The position numbers and the translations under genes were made by a program. A model generated the notes under the pieces. The model saw only the letters and a program-made list of their open reading frames with translations. It made no database searches and had not been told where the DNA came from. Shown here in pieces: positions 1 through 10,303 of a stretch of 64,000 bases of DNA (within the stretch, counting starts at the first letter, position 1; every line of letters begins with the position of its first letter). The stretch is from Acidimicrobiia bacterium (GTDB lineage: Bacteria > Actinomycetota > Acidimicrobiia > Spongiisociales > UBA11373): contig JBBDMM010000007.1 of the NCBI GenBank assembly GCA_040878325.1, positions 6,635-70,634 of the forward strand, given 5' to 3'.

Positions 1-2543
1 TCGGAAAGAATCGACAACTCGGGCTTCTCAATGCCAGCTTCGGCGTAGATATCGACGATACCCTCGCCCGCAACTGCTTCGGAGACGAGTTGCGCAATGG
101 CGGTGTCGACCTCTTCGGTGCCGCCTCGTCCTGCTTTGTCGGGTGTGCCTTGCTTCTCGAGCTTGATGATGTAGCCGCGTATGTCGGTGAAGAACCTGAC
201 GTCGTCGCGGATCTCGAGTGCCTCATCGCGTGCGCCGGCCAGGGCGAAGGCCTTCGCGAGGGCGAGGGTCTGGTCGAGGACGCGAGTCTTCCGGTCGGAA
301 TCAGCGAGGACGAAGTCGACCCCCTTCTGGAGCTGCGCGACCCGTTCGCCAGGTGTCAATAATGGATCAGAGGACCAGTCGAGTTCATGCAAGATTCCAC
401 GAACGATGTCGTGCTTCTCCAACATGACCTCGACGACCTGTTCGATCGGCACACCCGCCTGGTCACGATCCGAGGGTGAGTAGTTGGCAAGTGCCTCCCG
501 CAGGTTCTGGGCGACGCCGATGTAGTCGACGATCAGACCACCCGGCTTGTCGCGGAAGGTCCGGTTGACTCGGGCAATTGCCTGCATGAGGCCGTGGCCC
601 TGCATCGGCTTGTCCACGTACATGGTGTGCATCGACGGTGAGTCGAATCCGGTGAGCCACATATCGCGGACGATCACCATCTCCAGCGGATCGTCCGGGT
701 CCTTGGCGCGTGCTTTGATCTTGCGGAGGGTGTCCTTCGGGTAGAGGTGAGGCTGGAACTCGGCAGGGTCGGCAGCCGAACCGGTCATCACCACCTTGAT
801 CCGCCCCTTGAGCGGATCGTCGGAGTGCCAATCTGGACGCAGTGCCACGATGTGCTGGTAGAGCTTCACGGCAATTCGGCGACTCATCGCCACGACGAGA
901 GCCTTGCCGAGAAGGTTGTCGCGGCGCTTCTCCCAGTGATCCACGATGTCGGCGGCGATCAGGTCGAGCCGCTCGTCCGCGCCAACGATTGCTTCCAGCC
1001 GGGCCCAACGGCTTTTGGCACGCTCGACCTCGGTCATCTCCTGACCCTCAGTGATGTGAGCGACTTCCTCGTCTATCTGGGCGCGCACGTCGTCCGGAAG
1101 GCTCACCTTGGCGAGCCGCGATTCGTAGAACAGCCGAACCGTCGCACCGTCCTCGACGGCTCGGGTGAGATCGTAGATGTCGATGTAATCACCGAACACC
1201 TGGCGGGTCGACCTGTCGGTCGCCTCGATAGGCGTTCCCGTGAACCCGATATAGGTGGCGTTCGGCAGCGCGTCCCGCAGGTGCCGAGCGAAGCCATCAA
1301 CGAAGTCGTACTGGCTGCGGTGCGCCTCGTCCGCGATCACCACAACGTTGCGGCGGTCGGTGAGCACGGGATGAACATCGCCGCGTGTCTCAGGAGCGAA
1401 CTTCTGGATCGTCGTGAAGATGATCCCGCCGGAAGCCCTATCCAGCAGGCGCCGCATATCGGCACGACTGCCGGCCTGCTTCGGATGCTCGGGGAGCGTC
1501 TTCGCCGGAGCGAACACCTCGCCGAACAACTGATCATCCAGGTCGTTGCGGTCCGTTAGCAACACGAGAGTCGGGTTGCCCATCTTCTCGGAGCGCATGA
1601 TCTTCCCGGCGTAGCAGAGCATCTCGAAGCTCTTGCCTGAACCTTGGGTGTGCCAGACAACACCACCTCGTCGATCGCCGTCCTGGCCCGATGCTTCGAT
1701 GGTCGACTCGACAGCAGCGTCGACAGCCCAGTACTGGTGGTACTTGGCGACCCGCTTCACCAGACCATCAGGTTCGTCGGAATGGACGACGAAGTAGCGC
1801 AGGAGATCCAAGAACCGCTCCGGCTCGAAGACCCCGCGGATGAGCACCTCAAGTTGAGGTTTGTCTGCGACGACTTCTCGTCCGTCGATTGTCTTCCATG
1901 GCGCGTAGTGCTCGAAGCCCGCCGAGAACGAACTCATCACTGCACCGAGGCCATCCGATGCGACACAGACGGCGTTGGGTGCGAAGACCGGCGGGATATC
2001 GGCGCGGTAGGTCTGGATCTGGTTCCAGGCTCCCTTCAAGGTGGCATTCTCGTCGCCCGGGTTCTTCAGCTCGATGAGACCAAGCGGCAGACCGTTGACG
2101 AACACGAGAACGTCGGGGCGCCGGTTCTTGCCGTCCTCTATCACGGTGAACTGATTGACGACAAGCCAATCGTTGTTGGCCGGATCCTCGAAGTCGACGA
2201 GCCAGGCGAGCTCGTGACGGATACCGCCGTCGACTGCCCGGTACTCGGCCGCAACGCCTTTCGTGATCAACTCATGCACCCGGAGGTTCTCGACCAGCGA
2301 GCTCTGAGATTCGGCCCGGAGGACCCGAGTGACGACCTCTTCTGCGGTGCCGGCCGGAAGGCCTTGGTTGATGCGCGTGACGGCCTTCGTGAGTCGATCG
2401 CGAAGCACCACGTCACGCCACTCCGCCCGTTCCTGCGCTGTACCACCAGGGCCGATGTCAGGACCGAACAGGCACTCGTAACCAAGTGCAGCGAAGTAGT
2501 CGAGGCAGGCGTCCTCGACGATTCCCTCCGTAATACCGCTCAC
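1..2543 (-). CDS. hsdR: Type I restriction enzyme R subunit HsdR (partial; C-terminus beyond the window start)
   Basis: Manual minus-strand translation gives an N-terminus starting [26 protein letters not shown] and a Walker A motif VVWHTQGSGKSFEMLCY near 1611-1660. GTG start at 2543 overlaps the hsdS stop (GTGA). The reading frame stays open to position 1, so it is absent from the ORF track (no stop in window). Confidence 0.85.
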   Translation of the reverse strand, partial: MSGITEGIVEDACLDYFAALGYECLFGPDIGPGGTAQERAEWRDVVLRDRLTKAVTRINQGLPAGTAEEVVTRVLRAESQSSLVENLRVHELITKGVAAEYRAVDGGIRHELAWLVDFEDPANNDWLVVNQFTVIEDGKNRRPDVLVFVNGLPLGLIELKNPGDENATLKGAWNQIQTYRADIPPVFAPNAVCVASDGLGAVMSSFSAGFEHYAPWKTIDGREVVADKPQLEVLIRGVFEPERFLDLLRYFVVHSDEPDGLVKRVAKYHQYWAVDAAVESTIEASGQDGDRRGGVVWHTQGSGKSFEMLCYAGKIMRSEKMGNPTLVLLTDRNDLDDQLFGEVFAPAKTLPEHPKQAGSRADMRRLLDRASGGIIFTTIQKFAPETRGDVHPVLTDRRNVVVIADEAHRSQYDFVDGFARHLRDALPNATYIGFTGTPIEATDRSTRQVFGDYIDIYDLTRAVEDGATVRLFYESRLAKVSLPDDVRAQIDEEVAHITEGQEMTEVERAKSRWARLEAIVGADERLDLIAADIVDHWEKRRDNLLGKALVVAMSRRIAVKLYQHIVALRPDWHSDDPLKGRIKVVMTGSAADPAEFQPHLYPKDTLRKIKARAKDPDDPLEMVIVRDMWLTGFDSPSMHTMYVDKPMQGHGLMQAIARVNRTFRDKPGGLIVDYIGVAQNLREALANYSPSDRDQAGVPIEQVVEVMLEKHDIVRGILHELDWSSDPLLTPGERVAQLQKGVDFVLADSDRKTRVLDQTLALAKAFALAGARDEALEIRDDVRFFTDIRGYIIKLEKQGTPDKAGRGGTEEVDTAIAQLVSEAVAGEGIVDIYAEAGIEKPELSILS

Positions 2544-3823
2544 GACCCGACCTCGACTGGAACTGCCCTCGACTGTGAGAGCGAAAGATCGCCTGACATG
2601 AGTCTCGGCAGTAGCGCATCCCGCAACTGCGAGAGGACTCCGCTCTCGTCCATTCCAACCACTAGCCGATCTCGCAACGATTCAACATGACGTGCGAACT
2701 CGGAAGCAACAGCGCCTGAAGGGACAACGAGCGGGAATCGCGACAAGGTCTGGGCATTCAAGGTTGAACGGGTCGTTCCTGCACCTCTCCCACGAACGAG
2801 GTCCCAGTAGGCACTAGAGCGAAGCCAGTACTGAAGAAAGCGACCGAACCGTTCGTCCACCGGCCGAAAGCGAATCAGGTAGGAAGCGAAGACTGCTTCA
2901 GGCCCTTCTTCGATGAACGCAGCATGCCCCGGGTCTGCCATACGAGCGATAACGATGTCCCCTTTGCGGAGGAGATATTTCTTCCGGTCCGATGGGCCTG
3001 CGTCGCAGTACGGCACCGCCCGCCAGTCGATCCAAGCGGTCTTGTTGATATCCGTAATCCGCAGGAACCTGGGTCCGACGGGGTCGTCGGATGCGCTTGC
3101 GGTATATCCGTACTGCGGCTTCTCTGTGATGGCCCCCAATGAGGCCACGGCCCAACCGGCTGGGATCTCTCCGATCGGGGAGTCCTCGAATGAATCGGGG
3201 AACAGGTCAGAGATCGGCTTGTGCAGTCCTGGATCCTCACCCTCGGCCTTTGCGCGAACCGGGTCGAAGTCGACGAACCATGACTTGAACAACGCCCGGG
3301 CGATCCCTTCCAGGGTCTCGCTCCTGCGCCGGTTCAACTCGATCTTGTCGTCGAAGGCACCAAGCACAGCTGCTATAGCGCGCTGCTCATCCATCGGGGG
3401 TACCGGTACCTCGAGCCGGGACACGAAGTCCCAGTTCGCTCTAGGCATCTTCGTACCAGTCGATCCGCGGGTAGCGGCGTCCACGAACGGTTGTGATGCC
3501 ATGTAATAGAACAGGTATCCCGGATCGATGCCCTCCGTCGGCCGAACAACCCAGATGTCGGTCGAGCAGATCCCGTCGAACGGGGCCCGCACCACCTTGC
3601 GGAAGTAGGGGCGAAGCTTCCCGAAAAGGATGTCGCCACGCCTGAATCGCGCCTTGGCGCTCGTGACATCGGCTGAAGTGCCTGCACCGAGAAGGGACAA
3701 AGATCCCTCTCCGATGTGTTCGAGGCCGACATACCGCTCTTCTCCACCCGCCGCGGGTTGGACGGTATCTCTTACGAGCACAGCGCAGTCGCCGAACGCG
3801 GTCGTTGTCCAATCACTCGCCAT
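2540..3823 (-). CDS. hsdS: Type I RM specificity subunit HsdS
   Basis: 427-aa ORF. Two target-recognition-domain halves separated by a conserved central repeat ([25 protein letters not shown]). Sits between hsdM and hsdR and overlaps both. Confidence 0.85.
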   Translation of the reverse strand: MASDWTTTAFGDCAVLVRDTVQPAAGGEERYVGLEHIGEGSLSLLGAGTSADVTSAKARFRRGDILFGKLRPYFRKVVRAPFDGICSTDIWVVRPTEGIDPGYLFYYMASQPFVDAATRGSTGTKMPRANWDFVSRLEVPVPPMDEQRAIAAVLGAFDDKIELNRRRSETLEGIARALFKSWFVDFDPVRAKAEGEDPGLHKPISDLFPDSFEDSPIGEIPAGWAVASLGAITEKPQYGYTASASDDPVGPRFLRITDINKTAWIDWRAVPYCDAGPSDRKKYLLRKGDIVIARMADPGHAAFIEEGPEAVFASYLIRFRPVDERFGRFLQYWLRSSAYWDLVRGRGAGTTRSTLNAQTLSRFPLVVPSGAVASEFARHVESLRDRLVVGMDESGVLSQLRDALLPRLMSGDLSLSQSRAVPVEVGS

Positions 3824-5396
3824 AACCCAGCTCCTTGAGACTGGCGGCCATGAGCTGGTCGAGCCGCGCGGCCTCGGTCTGTTGTTCGGCGAGTCGCGCT
3901 GTGAGTCGCTTCATCTTGTCGTCGAACGGTTCGTCGTCGTCTTCCAGGTCCTCGGCCCCGACGTATCTGCCCGGTGTGAGGACGTGCCCGTGTTCTCGGA
4001 TGTCATTGAGTGTCGCGCTCTTGCAGAACCCCGGGATGTCCTCGTAAACGCCAGCCTCGGGTTCGCCGCGCCAGGCGTGGTAGGTGCCGGCGATGAGGGC
4101 GATGTCTTCGTGGGTAAGGGTTCGGTGCGTGCGGTCGATCATGGTGCCGAGCTTCCGCGCATCGATGAAGAGCGTCTCTCCGCTGCGGTCTCGAAAGCGA
4201 CCGTTCTTCTTGTTCCTGGCGAGGAACCAGAGACAGACGGGGATCCCGGTGGTGTAGAAGAGTTGGCCGGGTAGAGCGACCATGCAGTCAACAAGGTCGG
4301 CTTCGATGATGTTCTTACGGATCTCGCCTTCGCCGGACTGATTGGAGGTCATCGATCCGTTGGCTAGGACGAACCCGGCGGTGCCGCTGGGTGCGAGGTG
4401 ATGGAGGAAGTGCTGGACCCAGGCGAAGTTGGCGTTACCGGTAGGTGGCACGCCGTGCTTCCAGCGGGGATCGGCTCGGAGGCGCTCTCCACCCCAGTCT
4501 GAGTCATTGAATGGCGGGTTGGCGAGCACGAAGTCGGCTCGGAGGTCAGGAAACTTGTCGTCATGGAAGGAGTCGCTCCAGGAGTCGGCGAGGTTGCCTT
4601 CAAGTCCCCGGAGGGCGAGGTTCATCTTGGCGAGTCGCCAGGTGGTGGCCATGGACTCCTGGCCGTAGATGGAGATGTCGCTGCGTCGGCCGTTGTGAGC
4701 GGCGACGAATTCCGCCGATTGAACGAACATCCCGCCTGAACCACAGCAGGGATCAAAGACTCGCCCTTCGTACGGTTCAAGCATTTCGACGAGTAGCTGT
4801 ACGACGTGTCGGGGTGTGTAGAACTCCCCCTGGTTCGTCCCTTCGGCTGCTGCGAATTGGCCGAGGAAGTACTCGTAGACCCGTCCGAGAACGTCGTCGG
4901 CGCCGTGGTCGACCTCGGTGAAGCCGATCGAGCCGATCAGGTCGACGAGTTCACCCAGAAGGCGCTTGTCGATCTCAGCACGGCCATAGGTCTTGGGCAG
5001 GACGCCACGGAGGGATCGGTTCTCCTTCTCGATGAGGTCCATCGCCTTGTCGATGAGGACGCCAATCTCGGGTTGCTTCGCCTTCGCCTGCAGGACATCC
5101 CATCGACCCTCGGCAGGAATCCAGAAGACGTTCTCACGTGTGTACTCGTCGCGTGACTCAAGAATCCGAGTCCGACGGTCCTCGTTCGGGATGTAGTCCT
5201 TGGACTCAGGATCCGAGAGTGAAGCCTCGATGGCATTGCGCCGGTTCTCGAAGGAGTCGGAAACATACTTGAGGAACACCAGACCCAAGACGACGTGCTT
5301 GTACTCGGCAGTCTCGAGGCTCCCGCGCATCATGGCGGCTGCTTCCCAGAGTGTGGCCTTGAGTGTCTTGTTCTTCTTGGTGCTCTTCTTCGCCAA
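3813..5396 (-). CDS. hsdM: Type I RM N6-adenine DNA methyltransferase HsdM
   Basis: 527-aa ORF with [15 protein letters not shown], the AdoMet motif [10 protein letters not shown] and the catalytic NPPF motif ([12 protein letters not shown]). Confidence 0.9.
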   Translation of the reverse strand: MAKKSTKKNKTLKATLWEAAAMMRGSLETAEYKHVVLGLVFLKYVSDSFENRRNAIEASLSDPESKDYIPNEDRRTRILESRDEYTRENVFWIPAEGRWDVLQAKAKQPEIGVLIDKAMDLIEKENRSLRGVLPKTYGRAEIDKRLLGELVDLIGSIGFTEVDHGADDVLGRVYEYFLGQFAAAEGTNQGEFYTPRHVVQLLVEMLEPYEGRVFDPCCGSGGMFVQSAEFVAAHNGRRSDISIYGQESMATTWRLAKMNLALRGLEGNLADSWSDSFHDDKFPDLRADFVLANPPFNDSDWGGERLRADPRWKHGVPPTGNANFAWVQHFLHHLAPSGTAGFVLANGSMTSNQSGEGEIRKNIIEADLVDCMVALPGQLFYTTGIPVCLWFLARNKKNGRFRDRSGETLFIDARKLGTMIDRTHRTLTHEDIALIAGTYHAWRGEPEAGVYEDIPGFCKSATLNDIREHGHVLTPGRYVGAEDLEDDDEPFDDKMKRLTARLAEQQTEAARLDQLMAASLKELGYGE

Positions 5397-5461
5397 TGTA
5401 GCGTCCTTTACATTATTTGGTAATCAGTATGAATCAGTTTGCGGAATCCGACAAGCAAACC
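5397..5461 (-). promoter_or_regulatory. AT-rich intergenic region upstream of hsdM (putative hsdMSR promoter)
   Basis: cattatttggtaatcagtatgaatcagtttgcggaatc is conspicuously AT-rich in a roughly 65-70% GC context and lies directly 5' of the hsdM start. Confidence 0.35.
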
Positions 5462-6199
5462 TCACATGCTCCACGCGGCCAGCCGTTTCAGTCCTTCGGC
5501 GTCGAATTCGTTCTCGCCGTGACGAATGAATCGCTCCCCGTAAGTGTCAACGTATTCGCCGAGCATGCCCTCCAATCGCTTCCCTGCGGCTCGTGCTGCG
5601 AGTTCGTGTTCCGCGACCTGTGAGGCGTACTCGGGCGCTCCTTGCTTGCGGAGGGCGGCGATGGTCTCGGCTCGCAGGGTGTACACCTCGGCCCAGATCC
5701 GGGAGATCAGCTCCTCCTGAGCAGTCAGGTCATCGTCAGTGAGCTTCGGGGTGTCGCCGGTCGGTTCCATGGCCTCGAGGGCCCTGCGGGAGCGGCTCTT
5801 GTAGCGGAGGCTGTCCCGGTGGAGCAGCAGGGCGACCTCTCGCCTAAGCCTGGGTTCGATCTTCTTGCGGAAGTGGTCGTCGTCATAGCCCTGCAGGGCT
5901 GCGGCCCGTGACCTGCGGTTGGTGAGGTTGAGGCCTTTCGTACCCTGGGCGATCCCGAAGATGATCTGCGTGGCCTGCCGTTCGAAGTCGTCCTTGATCT
6001 TGGGGATCAGTCGTGGAACGAGTTCGTTGAAGGCGTCGGCGCGACTGACCCGTTCGTCAGGATGAACCGAGCGGGCGGCTACACCGAGCAGGTCGAGTAG
6101 CGCGTCGTCGATGACCTGGTCGGATGTGGGTAGGCCGGCGTGGATGACCGACTTGAGTTTGTCGTCGATCACGTCGACTTCTCCGGCGGTCAGCCGCAC
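5462..6199 (-). CDS. Hypothetical protein (245 aa), co-oriented and immediately upstream of hsdM
   Basis: ORF with protein-like, charged composition. No motif I recognise. Ends 65 bp before hsdM. Confidence 0.5.
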   Translation of the reverse strand: MRLTAGEVDVIDDKLKSVIHAGLPTSDQVIDDALLDLLGVAARSVHPDERVSRADAFNELVPRLIPKIKDDFERQATQIIFGIAQGTKGLNLTNRRSRAAALQGYDDDHFRKKIEPRLRREVALLLHRDSLRYKSRSRRALEAMEPTGDTPKLTDDDLTAQEELISRIWAEVYTLRAETIAALRKQGAPEYASQVAEHELAARAAGKRLEGMLGEYVDTYGERFIRHGENEFDAEGLKRLAAWSM

Positions 6200-6301
6200 G
6201 TCGTCCTCCGATACCCAGTTCGTACCCAGTATTGCACCTTGCGCCGCGCCCTCCTGGAGCAGGCAGCGTGGAGTTGCTCATACGAGATCGAAGGAGGTGT
6301 C

Positions 6302-6604
6302 ATGAGCAACGAACTGGTCAAGCGGATCAGTGACAACACCGGGATCAGCCGGGTTGGCGCGCCGCGGGTGCCGAAGCCGGTAGTGCGTGCGGTCGAGCAT
6401 GCCGCTCACCGCGGGTTGATCGCTGCCGCCAAAGTGCAGGCGGCGGGGTACGTGACGCACGTGGCTTTGAGCCAGGTGGCGATGCTGACCGCGGAGGAGG
6501 GTCGGCTGATCGAGCAGTGTCCGCTCGGTGAGCCCCGCTTCCGGGTGATCGTCGACACCTACGCCGGGCTGGCCGCGGCTGAGATCGCGCAGCTGGGGTA
6601 CTAG
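6302..6604 (+). CDS. Hypothetical small protein (100 aa)
   Basis: ATG at 6302 preceded by a strong RBS GAAGGAGG. MSNELVKRISDNTGISRV... No TM segment. Confidence 0.45.
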   Translation: MSNELVKRISDNTGISRVGAPRVPKPVVRAVEHAAHRGLIAAAKVQAAGYVTHVALSQVAMLTAEEGRLIEQCPLGEPRFRVIVDTYAGLAAAEIAQLGY

Positions 6605-6606
6605 CC

Positions 6607-6825
6607 ATGGAACTCCTTGGCGTGTTTCTCATCCTGGCGGCGGCTCTGATCGGCGGCGGTTGGGCGATGTACGAGTACATGACCTACACCCAGCCCGAGC
6701 GCGAGCGGGCATTGCGTGACGAACTGGAGGCCCTCCAGGCGGCGCAGCGTCTGTCGATCGCGGCGTGGCAGGCCCGTCAGTACATGGCCGGGGTCGTCCG
6801 CGGCGATGTCATCGACGAGGCGTGA
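6607..6825 (+). CDS. Small membrane protein (72 aa), Spd-like
   Basis: N-terminal hydrophobic helix LLGVFLILAAALIGGGWAMY. Starts 3 nt after the previous stop. Confidence 0.4.
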   Translation: MELLGVFLILAAALIGGGWAMYEYMTYTQPERERALRDELEALQAAQRLSIAAWQARQYMAGVVRGDVIDEA

Positions 6826-6977
6826 TGGCGAAGTGGGCGATCAGCGGCCTGGCCTACCTGGTCGTGCTGTCGGTGGCGGTGCGGGTCTCAGCGAATCTGC
6901 TGGGGCCCGCATTGCCGTTACTGGTGGTGCTGCTGGGCTTGGCGATCCTGTTTCGCAGGCTGTGGAAGGGCTATTGA
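6825..6977 (+). CDS. Small membrane protein (50 aa, two hydrophobic segments), Spd-like
   Basis: ATG overlaps the previous TGA (TGATG). MAKWAISGLAYLVVLSVAV...LPLLVVLLGLAILF. Confidence 0.35.
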   Translation: MAKWAISGLAYLVVLSVAVRVSANLLGPALPLLVVLLGLAILFRRLWKGY

Positions 6978-7181
6978 TGGCGTTGCGAAACGGTTGTTCA
7001 TTCCACCATATGCAAGGCGCATGCCTGCAACGTACGATGAATGGGCGCTGCCAGCTCGGCGCAGCCGACGCTTCCGTCTCCGTTTCTCCCCTGACCGACC
7101 CGGTCTTCGCTCTCCGTGGTCTGTCGCGCTCGGGCGGGCTGGCGTGCGCACCTGCACCTAATCCCTGAAAGGAGGTGAATC

Positions 7182-7331
7182 GTGTCCGAACCACGCCGGA
7201 TCCGAGTCATCGGACAACAACGTAAGGAACCAGACCTCAAGGCGCTGGCGAGGGCGGTCATTGAACTGGCCCGCCTGCTCGACCAGGAACCCGGCGGACA
7301 GCCGGACACGAAGAGGGAGACCGCCGAGTGA
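7182..7331 (+). CDS. Small ORF (49 aa), translationally coupled to the downstream ATPase
   Basis: RBS GAAAGGAGGTGAATC then GTG. Stop overlaps the GTG start of the next gene (GTGA). Confidence 0.35.
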   Translation: MSEPRRIRVIGQQRKEPDLKALARAVIELARLLDQEPGGQPDTKRETAE

Positions 7332-9403
7332 CCACCTATCGGATCTCCCATCCCGGATCGGTCGACCGCCGCCAGATCGCAGCCGCCCTCCGAGCACTCC
7401 TCGCCACACTTTCCCGCTCACACGGTTTCGACTCGGCGCGCAGGTTCTTGTGCTTGGAGGTGTGGGCATCTCAGGCGGGCATCACTCATCTCATCACCGT
7501 TCCCGACGGCGATGCCGCCGTCTCCGCTCTCACCTCGGCAATCCCCGGGATCAGAGTCGAGGCCGCCGACCGACCAATCGATCGCCTTGTCGGCGGAGCC
7601 TTTGGGCTGCAGCTCGTCGGCCCGACCCCCGGGGTGTTGCGCACCGATATCAGCGACGACATGGCCGCAGCGCTGCTCGGCTCTCTCAGCAGCCTCCGCA
7701 AGGGCGAGGTGGTGGTCGTGCAGTGGCTCGCTGCGCCGCTGACGCATCCCCGACGCTGGGGCTTTCCCTCCAAAGAACTCGACCGCACCGAGAAGGCCAA
7801 GCAAGCCGAAGCCGAGGTCGTCGCCTCGGGCCGTGTCACCGCCTGGTCCGCCAACCCGGCCCGGGCACGAAGTCTCGCCGGGAACGCGGCTCGAGTGCTG
7901 CGACTGATGAGCGGACCCGATGGTCACCTGCGGGCCCGACGCTCAGCCAGAGTCCCTCGGTCAGTCATCAGCATGAGACCACCGCTACTGGTCTGGCCAT
8001 CGCACCTCAATATCAGTGAACTGGTCGGTCTGGTCGGATGGCCGACAGAACCAACCCCGATCCGGGGGCTGGCCCGCGGCGCAAGCCGCCTTCTGCCACC
8101 GCCAGCGGGAGCACCGACGACCGGGCCATCGGTGGGGATCTCCACCTTTCCCGGCACCAACGATCAGATCCGCCTCGGGACCAGTGGGCGGCTACGGCAC
8201 CTCCACGTGATCGGCCCGACCGGGGTCGGCAAGTCCACCCTGCTGACCCACCTGATCGCCGCCGATATCCGAACAGGCCGTGGGGTGGTGGTGTTCGATC
8301 CGCTGGGGGATCTGACCGACCTGGTGTGCGAGCGGGTCCCGGCGAGCCGTGTCGACGAGGTGGTCGTCATCGACCCGACCGAGATCGATCGGCCGGTCGG
8401 TCTCAATATTCTCTCCGGTCCCGACCGGCATCGGACCACCGACTTCCTCGTTGGGGTGATGGCCCGACTGTTTGCCTCGTCGTGGGGACCCCGAACCGCC
8501 GATGTGCTCCGCGCCGGGCTGCTCACCCTCGGAGCGTCCCCGGCAGCGACACTGGCTGATCTGCCGGACCTGCTCACCAACCCGGCATTCCGGCGACGCC
8601 ACCTGCCAGCGGTCATTGACGACCGGGTGCTGGCTGGCTTCTGGACCTGGTACGAGGCGCTGAGCGACACCGAACGAACCTCGGTGATTGCCCCGGTGCT
8701 CAACAAGATCCGCGCCGTCGTGCTCCGACCCGAAGCTCTGCGGGTTCTTTGTCATCGAGACGGCCTACTCGATCTCGGGGAAGTGTTCACCAAGCGACGT
8801 GTCGTCATCATCCGCCTGGCCAAGGGACTCGTCGGCGAGGACACCGCCGCGCTGATCGGTGGGCTGCTGCTCGCCCGACTATGGCAGGCGGTCCTCGGCC
8901 GGGCAGCCGTCCATCCCGACCATCGCCACCCGGTGTTCTTTTACCTCGACGAGTTCCAGGACTACCTGCGGCTTCCAATCGGGATGGGCGACATGCTGGC
9001 CCAGGCCCGCGGTATGAGTGTCGGACTTGTCGTTGCCCACCAGCACCTCGGGCAGCTCCCCGACGGCATCCGTCGTGACGTCCTGTCCAACACCGGATCG
9101 AGGGTCACGTTTCAGACCACCGCCGATGACGCCCGGGTTCTCGCCCGAGACCTCGAGCCGTACCTCACCGCGGCTGACCTGCGCGGCTTGGCGTCTCGGG
9201 AGATCGCGGTGCGGATCGCCACACCCGACCGGGTGCTGCCGCCGTTCACCGGCAGAACATTGCCGCCCTCCGACCCGATCGGTGACGCCGAAGCCGTCAG
9301 GTCACGGTCGCGGGCCCTGTACGGCCGGCCGATCCCCACTGATATTCACGTCGAGGACGGTGACGGTCAGGTGGGGCGGAAGCCACGCGGAGTCGACCGA
9401 TGA
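7328..9403 (+). CDS. TraD/TraG/VirD4-family type IV coupling protein-like P-loop ATPase (conjugal DNA transfer)
   Basis: 691 aa. Walker A HVIGPTGVGKST, Walker B-like FFYLDEFQ, and VAHQHLGQL typical of T4CP/TraG-D_C proteins. The roughly 270-aa N-terminal domain has no TM helices. Confidence 0.7.
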   Translation: MTTYRISHPGSVDRRQIAAALRALLATLSRSHGFDSARRFLCLEVWASQAGITHLITVPDGDAAVSALTSAIPGIRVEAADRPIDRLVGGAFGLQLVGPTPGVLRTDISDDMAAALLGSLSSLRKGEVVVVQWLAAPLTHPRRWGFPSKELDRTEKAKQAEAEVVASGRVTAWSANPARARSLAGNAARVLRLMSGPDGHLRARRSARVPRSVISMRPPLLVWPSHLNISELVGLVGWPTEPTPIRGLARGASRLLPPPAGAPTTGPSVGISTFPGTNDQIRLGTSGRLRHLHVIGPTGVGKSTLLTHLIAADIRTGRGVVVFDPLGDLTDLVCERVPASRVDEVVVIDPTEIDRPVGLNILSGPDRHRTTDFLVGVMARLFASSWGPRTADVLRAGLLTLGASPAATLADLPDLLTNPAFRRRHLPAVIDDRVLAGFWTWYEALSDTERTSVIAPVLNKIRAVVLRPEALRVLCHRDGLLDLGEVFTKRRVVIIRLAKGLVGEDTAALIGGLLLARLWQAVLGRAAVHPDHRHPVFFYLDEFQDYLRLPIGMGDMLAQARGMSVGLVVAHQHLGQLPDGIRRDVLSNTGSRVTFQTTADDARVLARDLEPYLTAADLRGLASREIAVRIATPDRVLPPFTGRTLPPSDPIGDAEAVRSRSRALYGRPIPTDIHVEDGDGQVGRKPRGVDR

Positions 9404-9527
9404 GGTGGCCGCTCGCCCGACCGCTCGTGTCGACCCATTGCAGGCGAAATCGTAAGTGGGTCATCAGCGGCGCGACCGGTGTTGCGACGAATGACCTACC
9501 CCTGGTGGTCGCGGTGGGAGGTGGATC

Positions 9528-10280
9528 ATGAGAGTGACCAGCCAGGTCGCCGCTGAGATCCGCCGTCGCCTCAGCCCGGTCGATTGGGCGATTGCTGAAA
9601 CCCTCGACCGAGTGGACATCGCCTCGGCTGGGCAGCTCCGGCGACTCCACTGGCCTGAACCGAGCCAGGCTCGAACTGCCCGCCGTCGCCTCAGCCAACT
9701 CACCGACCTGCGGGTCATCAGCCGCCTCGATCGCCGCGTCGGCGGCGTGCGGGCTGGCTCCGAGGGCTTCGTGTACCGGCTCGATGTCACCGGCCGCCGC
9801 CTACTCGGACTCGCACCGGGCCGCCGACCCCACACCCCGGGACGCACCTTCTTGGAACACTCGCTGGCGATCACCGAGGTCTACGTCCGAGCCGTCGAGA
9901 CTTCCCGGGTCGACCTCATCGAAGTCACCGCGTTCGAGACCGAACCATCCTGCTGGCGGACCTGGGGTGCCGGGCTCCTCAAACCCGACGCCTATCTGGT
10001 CACCGTGACACCTGACTTCGAGGACCACTGGTTCGTCGAAGTCGACCGGGCAACCGAGTCGACCACCACGATTGTCCGCAAGGCCGCGGTCTACGAGCAG
10101 TACCACCGCACCGGCATCGAACAGGAACGCCACGGCGTGTTCCCCCGGGTCCTGTGGATCGTGCCCCACGAACGACGCAAGAACCAGATCGTCGACGCGC
10201 TCGGAATCCGGCCCGCCGACGCCTGGTCGCTCCACCAGGTCGCCCTCGAGAGCGACATCCCGAACATCTTCAATCCGTAA
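9528..10280 (+). CDS. Replication-relaxation family protein (putative relaxase/replication initiator of the element)
   Basis: 250 aa. Composition and motifs (DHWFVEVDRATE) resemble actinobacterial Replic_Relax proteins that sit beside coupling ATPases. Confidence 0.55.
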   Translation: MRVTSQVAAEIRRRLSPVDWAIAETLDRVDIASAGQLRRLHWPEPSQARTARRRLSQLTDLRVISRLDRRVGGVRAGSEGFVYRLDVTGRRLLGLAPGRRPHTPGRTFLEHSLAITEVYVRAVETSRVDLIEVTAFETEPSCWRTWGAGLLKPDAYLVTVTPDFEDHWFVEVDRATESTTTIVRKAAVYEQYHRTGIEQERHGVFPRVLWIVPHERRKNQIVDALGIRPADAWSLHQVALESDIPNIFNP

Positions 10281-10303
10281 CGGAAAGGACATACAACAGT
10301 GCC

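Noticed and set aside
747-2690. Long plus-strand ORFs (747-1559, 1644-2690)
   Set aside because: They are antisense to the hsdR reading frame and have low-complexity R/G/P-rich composition. Spurious open frames like these are typical of high-GC DNA.
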